Virus record (IMG/VR): IMGVR_UViG_3300036766_000548
Coordinates: 1-64,000 of that record
Length of the DNA stretch: 64,000 bases
Strand: one strand, 5' to 3'
Origin: a virus
Shown here: positions 57,806 through 64,000 of the stretch, piece after piece
How the letters are laid out: each line of letters begins with the position of its first letter
Numbering within the stretch: position 1 is the stretch's first letter
Program-made: the position numbers and the translations under genes
The notes under the pieces: model-generated
What the model was told of the DNA's origin: nothing
Seen by the model: only the letters and a program-made list of their open reading frames with translations
Databases searched by the model: none

Positions 57806-58540
57806 TTAAAAACCTTTATAAACATAAAATATTCCATCCTTATCCCACATATATCCATAACCCAATTTCCAGATTTCCCAAACTTTATTAAAAAAATCAA
57901 TAGCTATTGAATCTTCAGAAATAATAGATGCGGCTGACTCTGCGGCTGACTCTGCGGCTGACCATGCGGCTGACCTTGCGGCTGACCTTGCGGCTGACCA
58001 TGTGGCTGACTCTGCGGCTGACCATGCGGCTGACCATGCGGCTGACCTTGCGGCTGACTTTGCGGCTGACTTTGCGGCTGACTTTGCGGCTGACCATGCG
58101 GCTGACTTTGCGGCTGACCATGCGGCTGACTCTGCGGCTGACCATGCGGCTGACCTTGCGGCTTCATAAGTATCAAACACTTTCCAATTTTCTTTTATCT
58201 CGCCATGATTATCAAACCATTTTACATTCTTGATGTCATTTATGAATTTCTGAGCATTCAACCACCATTCATTTTTAATATTACCTTTTGCATCATACCT
58301 TACGCCAGCAACACCAAAGCATTTTGCCATCTTATCCATATGGCCATCATTTATTCTTTTAGCAATCTGTACGGGAACCTTTTGCCAATTCTCATGGTGA
58401 GTACCAGCAATTCCATAATATTTTTCTATTGCTGAATGTCCGATAGCATCTTCAAATTCAAGTCCTTTGGCCTCGATGATGTCATCTTCAAGCCAATACA
58501 ATTTCCGTCCTACTGATACCCAAGAACAAAAATCGCACAT
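57806..58540 (-). CDS. AAxS tetrapeptide-repeat phage protein
   Basis: MCDF.SW...GHS.I N-terminus; AGGAGG RBS; repeat tract. Confidence 0.75.
   Translation of the reverse strand: MCDFCSWVSVGRKLYWLEDDIIEAKGLEFEDAIGHSAIEKYYGIAGTHHENWQKVPVQIAKRINDGHMDKMAKCFGVAGVRYDAKGNIKNEWWLNAQKFINDIKNVKWFDNHGEIKENWKVFDTYEAARSAAWSAAESAAWSAAKSAAWSAAKSAAKSAAKSAARSAAWSAAWSAAESATWSAARSAARSAAWSAAESAAESAASIISEDSIAIDFFNKVWEIWKLGYGYMWDKDGIFYVYKGF
57929..58162. repeat. 12-bp tandem repeat, about 19.5 units (TGCGGCTGACnn)
   Basis: Encodes AA[W/K/R/E]S on the - strand. Confidence 0.95.
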
Positions 58541-58574
58541 TCAAAATACCTCCTATAAAATAACTTCTGATCTA

Positions 58575-58913
58575 TTATATATTAACTTTAAGTTTTTTCC
58601 TCTCACAAATGAAATATTCTGAAAGTATTTTTATTATCTCCTCCTTGTTCTGCCAAATATCATTTTGAATAATTGCCCTTTCGATCTTTCGGCACTCGTC
58701 ATATCGATGCAATGGCCGCATGGCATTCCTGATGCTTGGCCAAAAATCAAAGCCAGTTTTCCAATGCCGAGATATCTTCAATACAGGCTTTTCATATACT
58801 TTTACTTCTTCAACCTTATTTCGCTTTTGTATCCTGCCCATTCGCATTTTGTCTTTTTGCTCTTGAGATAATACAAATCCTTTTGGTCTACCCATTTTCA
58901 TGCCTCCATGCAA
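58575..58913 (-). CDS. Hypothetical basic protein
   Basis: GRPKG motif; GGAGG RBS before an internal start. Confidence 0.55.
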   Translation of the reverse strand: MHGGMKMGRPKGFVLSQEQKDKMRMGRIQKRNKVEEVKVYEKPVLKISRHWKTGFDFWPSIRNAMRPLHRYDECRKIERAIIQNDIWQNKEEIIKILSEYFICERKKLKVNI

Positions 58914-59521
58914 AAAGAATCTTTATTAGACTCTTGCCACCACAATTTTATCTCTTGCCATGTCCTTAGTATCCTTGAATTTTTCCAACCCCTCAAACCA
59001 TATATTTCCTTTATATGTGAAAATCTCGGTATCCAGTTCTTTTCTACATCTTCCCATTCCCGCGATAAAATATATTGTAAAATGTCCTTTGCATCGCCTG
59101 ACAAGGAAATTTCATAATCCATTTTATCCAATACTTTTTCAAATATGGAATAATCATAAATTGTCGCATCATCAGTATATAAGCGATTAATATAAATATT
59201 ATGCCCATATCCCCTAACCTTTGGATGCTTAATACGTTGTACTGATTTCAGATTGTTTCTATGTTCATTTTTACAATATCTATCTAATCTATTTAATTCT
59301 CCATAAAGATATGTAGCAAAAGATGCTTTAGTTGGATCGAGTTTTTCTAGCGCCTCGCAAAAAATCAAATACCCTTGCCCTTCGATTTCCGAAAAATCAA
59401 GATGATATTTTTTTGAATATTCCCATGCCGCCTTCTCGACCATCGGGCGGAATTGGTTGAATTGCCTTGTAGAATATTCTTTTGTTATCATTTTTCTATG
59501 ATCCAACCTAAAAACAACCAT
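58898..59521 (-). CDS. Sigma-70 region 2-like protein
   Basis: IFCEAL.K.DPTKASFATYL. Confidence 0.6.
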   Translation of the reverse strand: MVVFRLDHRKMITKEYSTRQFNQFRPMVEKAAWEYSKKYHLDFSEIEGQGYLIFCEALEKLDPTKASFATYLYGELNRLDRYCKNEHRNNLKSVQRIKHPKVRGYGHNIYINRLYTDDATIYDYSIFEKVLDKMDYEISLSGDAKDILQYILSREWEDVEKNWIPRFSHIKEIYGLRGWKNSRILRTWQEIKLWWQESNKDSFCMEA

Positions 59522-59822
59522 CTATATATTTTGGGATAACCTTGTCTATATCCAATTTTATTCAGCATAACGGGCTTCCAATACCAATTATGTGCATTGA
59601 CAAACCAATTCATAAAATGAAATTCGATATGCTTCATTCGACTTCCTCCATTGAAGGTATTTCATTCTCAGAAAAAATAATACTTGCTCTTGAAATCGGA
59701 ACTGAAGCAATTATATGTTTTGTTGCATTATATATATTGATCTTGCCATTTTCATTCCTTATATCAAAAGCCATAAAGACGATCCCGGTTTCCTTATCCA
59801 TTACTTTCAATTCATCACTCCT

Positions 59823-60044
59823 TTATTCAAACTTGGTGGAAATCCTACCTTCACGCCACATCTCAAAAAGTCTATTCTTTATCTTGTTCTCGCAAAGCTC
59901 CAATTCGTGTTTCATGAAATCGTGTTCATCCTCGGAACATGCTGCCAAGTCATCCCTTGCGACAAAATATCTTTTTACCATCTTCCCAAAAGATATTTCA
60001 GAATCTGCCTTTTCAATATGCCCCATGGCGTAATTCTTACTCAT
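59823..60044 (-). CDS. Hypothetical protein
   Basis: AAGGAG RBS. Confidence 0.55.
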   Translation of the reverse strand: MSKNYAMGHIEKADSEISFGKMVKRYFVARDDLAACSEDEHDFMKHELELCENKIKNRLFEMWREGRISTKFE

Positions 60045-60810
60045 TTATTTCTCCTTGCACAATCCTTCTTGGCTTCTTCCGTAGTCAATGCTATTTTCCG
60101 TTTCTTGTAGTCGTCTTTTTCAGAATAAAAAACAGGATAAGGACGCGGATCGTCATTGGACATATAATATCCAACAATCATCGGAGATTTTTCTTTTTTG
60201 ATCATTTTGTATTTGCACCATGAAGTTGCCATATAGCAATGGCAAAAGTAAGTTCAGTTTTGGAAATCTCGTCCCGATGAAATGCCTGGAAATAATACTT
60301 CAACTCTTCATAGCTCATAATAACTCCTATCAATTAAATCTATTAGCTCCAGTCAGATTTGAACTGACACTGAATGGATTTTAAGTCCATTGCCTACTGC
60401 CAATTGGGCTATGGAGCCATAAAAATCTATTTTTGCATCCGCCACATCTTATAATCATCTATGGTGTCAAAAAACATCCATCCGCCAGAGACTTTGATGA
60501 TCTTTGCCCAGTCATGACCGGCCCTCTGTAATGCCTCTTCCCTAGTATCAGCCTCGATGAACTTCATTTGGTCCTCCTATAAAAAGACTATTGGCAAGGC
60601 GAAGAGCATCAATGCTAGTCGGGGCTTCTTGGACGATTGTCCCGAGTCCATGCCACGCGGGCTGTTTGAAAAGAAAGCAAGTCTCTACATTAGCGCTCAT
60701 TAGTGACTCCTTTTGAATCCTTAATCTTCTTCGTGCAAAGCTTCAATGCCATGCAGCCCCGACAGCCGCGCAAATGCCTCCGTTCGCAATCAGTTTTGAT
60801 TTTCATTTAT

Positions 60811-61014
60811 TTATACGGATTTTAGTTGACCACTATCGGCATCATAAATCTTATTTACTGTAAGGTTATAAATCGAAATGCGATATGGTTCATAACCTTT
60901 ATCAATTAGTCTTTGACGATCCTGGAGAGCTTCGCTTAAATCTGAATCCCAATAAAACTTATCTTCCAGTTCCATTACGCAACTTTCCGCCGTAACCAAA
61001 TAATTCTTATACAT
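60811..61014 (-). CDS. Hypothetical protein (possibly early)
   Basis: Downstream of module type 1 at 61021-61055. Confidence 0.6.
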   Translation of the reverse strand: MYKNYLVTAESCVMELEDKFYWDSDLSEALQDRQRLIDKGYEPYRISIYNLTVNKIYDADSGQLKSV

Positions 61015-61133
61015 TCCGTCCTCCTATCAATCAACCTTAATAATAGTATATCATAAAATAGAAACAATAAAATATAAAACATAGCAAATAATCATTTATT
61101 CTAACTATTTGCTACGATTTTACTTAACAGACG

Positions 61134-61472
61134 TTAAGCAGAAACGATAACTCCTAAAATCTCGTTGTTATTAATTAGGCTCTCATCAGGATCGCAATAT
61201 ACCTCATGAGCGTTATGGCATCGTCCGCGGAGAAGAAAAACATATTTACCATATTTCTTCGCCCTGGCTATTTTGTTAATAATTTGATCGGAAAAATCGA
61301 GCTTGAAACAAGAAATTCCGTCAAGTTCAAACTCAGATTCTTCGTCACCGTGATAGTGCGAATTGGCAAAAGAAACTTCAGGGACATAATCATCGCCGCG
61401 AATTGCGAAATCGTCAAAAGAATCGGCGCTATCAATAATTGTAATGGCCTCCGAAACCGTCAACTCTTTCAT
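61134..61472 (-). CDS. Acidic hypothetical protein (possibly early)
   Basis: AGGAG RBS. Confidence 0.6.
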   Translation of the reverse strand: MKELTVSEAITIIDSADSFDDFAIRGDDYVPEVSFANSHYHGDEESEFELDGISCFKLDFSDQIINKIARAKKYGKYVFLLRGRCHNAHEVYCDPDESLINNNEILGVIVSA

Positions 61473-61667
61473 TTTCGTCTCCTAAGCAATCCTTGATAAT
61501 CCAATTATAAAGTATATTCTCAAATTGAAAAGCCACAAAATAAACAATTCTTTAGCTAAATTGATTATTTAGCCTTAATTTGCCTATACGAATGTTAAGT
61601 TAATTTTTTATAGCTTTTGCTTGTCTTGACTAGGAATCGGTAGAAACTATTCCTCTAAAACCGTCAG

Positions 61668-61685
61668 AAACCCATTAAATCATTT
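61668..61685 (-). repeat. Dispersed intergenic repeat core, copy 3 (inverted)
   Basis: AAACCCATTAAATCATTT on + strand. Confidence 0.85.
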
Positions 61686-61756
61686 GACTATGACGTTTTA
61701 TAGCCTATCCCGATACTTTCCTAGTGGTATGGCTGGAAAATAGATCCTGGAAATGA

Positions 61757-61954
61757 TCAAATGTCTTCGTGTTCAAGACAACCGGCAATTTCTTCGGCAG
61801 GATAAACCTCCATTCTACCCAAAATATTTATAGCCTTTTCGTATAAAATTCTATCCTGTTCCCATTCCCATATTTTTCCTGTTGACGAATGTGTCCAGCT
61901 GCCCACTTCTTCCAGGTAATCGATAACGTCCCTAGCAAAATCATATATGTCCAT
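61757..61954 (-). CDS. Hypothetical protein
   Basis: AGGAGG RBS. Confidence 0.55.
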   Translation of the reverse strand: MDIYDFARDVIDYLEEVGSWTHSSTGKIWEWEQDRILYEKAINILGRMEVYPAEEIAGCLEHEDI

Positions 61955-62005
61955 TTATTGCCTCCTGCCACTATTATATCGTGTATTCATATATTTTATC
62001 CCTCT

Positions 62006-63223
62006 TTATTCATCTATCCCATGTTGTTCTTTCATTTCATCCATGAACCATTTCCAAGTCGGGCATTTCGCTCCAAAATGTTTCAAGTGTTTTATCCCTA
62101 AATGGCTGTTCAGAAAATCATAATAGCTATGAATGAACGTATCCTCATCCTCCAAACAATATTTGTAATTTATGTTTTCAGCTATCAGGTCATCGGCATT
62201 GTCTCGATACCATGTATGCACGGAATATACCCTGGTCCAATATGCAAGGCCATCCCAATCACTATTATATAGCTCTTCAAAGTAATTTTTATAGATTTCT
62301 GGAACTTTATTGTAGATAGACTCGGCAATTACTTCGCGGGTCTTGGATGCCTTCTTCAAAATGGTTATATAAAACATTGAACTATTATTTATTGGATTAA
62401 ACATGAATGACCCTATATCTCGCGTCAACCAATTCTTGTTTTCTGATTCCCTGTCGTTTTCAAACCATGATAAATAATTCTTGGCCGAGCATTTCAGAAC
62501 CATATATATTTGATTCCAATTTCCTTTGCACCTGTTTATCTCTTTTATTGTTTCATTTGTTATGTATGAAATATTCTTTTCAATAAACCAATCAGCTAGT
62601 TTATGCCTAGATAGATATCGCCCTTCATAAAGATCATATAGGGCATCCTGGAATTTCTTCATTGATTTTGTATATATCTTGTGATCGGTCGGAAAGGTGA
62701 AGCTGAATAACTTTCTATTGTCCGGCAATCGCAATTTGTCTAATTCAATTAATATTTTTTCGGTATTGGGAAGTAATTGTCCTAGTGATTTTTTAGTTTC
62801 TTGTTTGGGTTGTAATTTATTGATAATGCCTTCATCGAATAATCCATCGGTATATTGTACGCCTTTCATTTTAGCTATCACCTCCGGGCGAATGGCAACA
62901 AATGATTTATTGACTAGATTGATATTTACTTTCTGCCGTATCAATGGATATTCATTATAATTGCTTTTATTCTTTCCTGAAAGCCTATTTAACATGGCAT
63001 TTATGGAAGTATTGTTTTTTAGATATAACAAAGGAAGGTCTTTTATCACTTTTGTATAGGTGATCCAATAATAATCATGTTCTTTTTCTTCATTCAAATC
63101 ATCAGGTAATTTTAGCATTCTGTTTGAATCCTTGAAGTTTATGAGCCATTCAAGGAAATAAGCATCATCCAAGGTTAAACCAAGTTTTACCAATTCCTTG
63201 TCATCATAGGATGCTATATACAT
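62006..63223 (-). CDS. Putative replication initiator / wHTH DNA-binding protein
   Basis: N-terminal L.KLGL.LDD..FLEWL..F..S...YYWI.Y..VI.DLP.L resembles phage replisome-organiser N-termini. Confidence 0.5.
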   Translation of the reverse strand: MYIASYDDKELVKLGLTLDDAYFLEWLINFKDSNRMLKLPDDLNEEKEHDYYWITYTKVIKDLPLLYLKNNTSINAMLNRLSGKNKSNYNEYPLIRQKVNINLVNKSFVAIRPEVIAKMKGVQYTDGLFDEGIINKLQPKQETKKSLGQLLPNTEKILIELDKLRLPDNRKLFSFTFPTDHKIYTKSMKKFQDALYDLYEGRYLSRHKLADWFIEKNISYITNETIKEINRCKGNWNQIYMVLKCSAKNYLSWFENDRESENKNWLTRDIGSFMFNPINNSSMFYITILKKASKTREVIAESIYNKVPEIYKNYFEELYNSDWDGLAYWTRVYSVHTWYRDNADDLIAENINYKYCLEDEDTFIHSYYDFLNSHLGIKHLKHFGAKCPTWKWFMDEMKEQHGIDE

Positions 63224-63241
63224 TTTTTAACTCCCTTTAGT

Positions 63242-63349
63242 AAAAAGAAAACCCTTCCTTGCGCCACTACACGCTTAGAAGGGTTATATTATCCAAGAAA
63301 ATCAGCTATTCAAGGTAGTGGTCTCGAATAGGTGATCTTGTTTTTCTTG
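63242..63349 (-). ncRNA. Putative kissing-loop leader/attenuator of 62006..63223
   Basis: Two hairpins with complementary loops CCACUAC/GUAGUGG; second followed by U-rich tail. Confidence 0.6.
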
Positions 63350-63537
63350 ACTCTATAAATATAACACATATCTATATAAAAATAAAATGGCTAAAAATAG
63401 AAATAACAGGAAGCGAAAAGCTTCTATGTATTTATTACTATAAATACTCTATCTCTTCTAATGTATTCTATCTCTTATACATAGAAAATGAACATTTTTC
63501 ATCGATAGATAATATCCATTTTCTATGGTAAAAACAA

Positions 63538-63945
63538 TTAAGCCTTCTTTGTCTTTGTCTTTAATTTTTCTTGTTCTTGTTCTATATATTCATATGTTAC
63601 CTTTTCCATTTGTTCTTTATTCTTTTCAATGGTATCATCTATTTTATTAATTTGCTTTTTCAATGAATCTTTTTGTTTATCTAATACTTTCATTTGTTTA
63701 ATCAATTCTTTGTTTTTAGTTGATTTTATATATGTATCTTTAATATCAATCTTTTTTCTCTTTTCATCTGGGAATTGCACCCATAATCCATTATAATGGT
63801 CTTGTGGACGTATAGAGGTAATAACACCTTCTTTATAAAATGTGCTATGAATTTCCCAATCATCATCTACAAATATTGGAACATTTAATTTATATAGGTT
63901 TGGTTTATCGATTCTATCGTCAATGAATCTTTTAGCTTCTTTCAA
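63538..63945 (-). CDS. Hypothetical protein (probably 5'-truncated by window edge)
   Basis: Frame appears open to window end; coiled-coil C-terminus. Confidence 0.5.
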   Translation of the reverse strand: MKEAKRFIDDRIDKPNLYKLNVPIFVDDDWEIHSTFYKEGVITSIRPQDHYNGLWVQFPDEKRKKIDIKDTYIKSTKNKELIKQMKVLDKQKDSLKKQINKIDDTIEKNKEQMEKVTYEYIEQEQEKLKTKTKKA

Positions 63946-64000
63946 AGAAGTGTGTTCAGATTCTAAATCTTTATTGCCATCTTCTACTTCCCATGTTTCA

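Noticed and set aside
57904-58233. Alternative-frame ORFs (QPQG, VSRK, LTLR repeats); also possible DGR or CRISPR reading of the repeat
   Set aside because: Stop-free by-products of the 12-bp repeat. There are no spacers, no reverse transcriptase, and other adenines in the unit are invariant.
59542-60223. + strand ORFs 59542..60033, 59715..60110, 59939..60223
   Set aside because: Antisense to - strand genes in a uniformly - strand arm; no recognisable motifs.
1-64000. Stop-codon reassignment, tRNAs, integrase/att sites, CRISPR array
   Set aside because: Core genes are intact in the standard code and all three stops are used. None of the other features was recognised by eye; tRNAscan was not run.

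Overview
AT-rich tailed (siphovirus-type) phage genome, most of it apparently in the window. I saw no integrase, tRNA or CRISPR array. The + strand (1-29073) carries a sugar-metabolism block (GmhA-like isomerase, class III aminotransferase, NeuA-like cytidylyltransferase, Maf/DUF115-like protein), a sigma factor, terminase (large subunit with intein), SPP1-type portal/gp7/scaffold/capsid, a non-contractile tail module and lysis genes. The - strand (29199-64000) carries recombination genes (RecA, SSB, UvsY-like, NinG), a bacterial-type replisome (DnaE, DnaX, two clamp-like proteins, DnaB-like helicase, primase), DNA methyltransferases, homing endonucleases, a three-enzyme radical SAM cluster and many small genes. 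Most notable: (1) an RlmN/Cfr-like radical SAM enzyme whose catalytic AACGQL segment is encoded by a separate unannotated 40-aa gene two genes downstream, with a Gly/Cys-tailed protein gene and another rSAM gene in between; (2) four basic mini-proteins plus one stub that share an N-terminal MGG[PQ]GSGR tag, arranged as cassettes in the packaging module; (3) structured leader RNAs with complementary kissing loops upstream of the GIY-YIG and replication-initiator genes; (4) a possible virion-glycosylation pathway. All functional calls come from motif recognition by eye; no database search was run.
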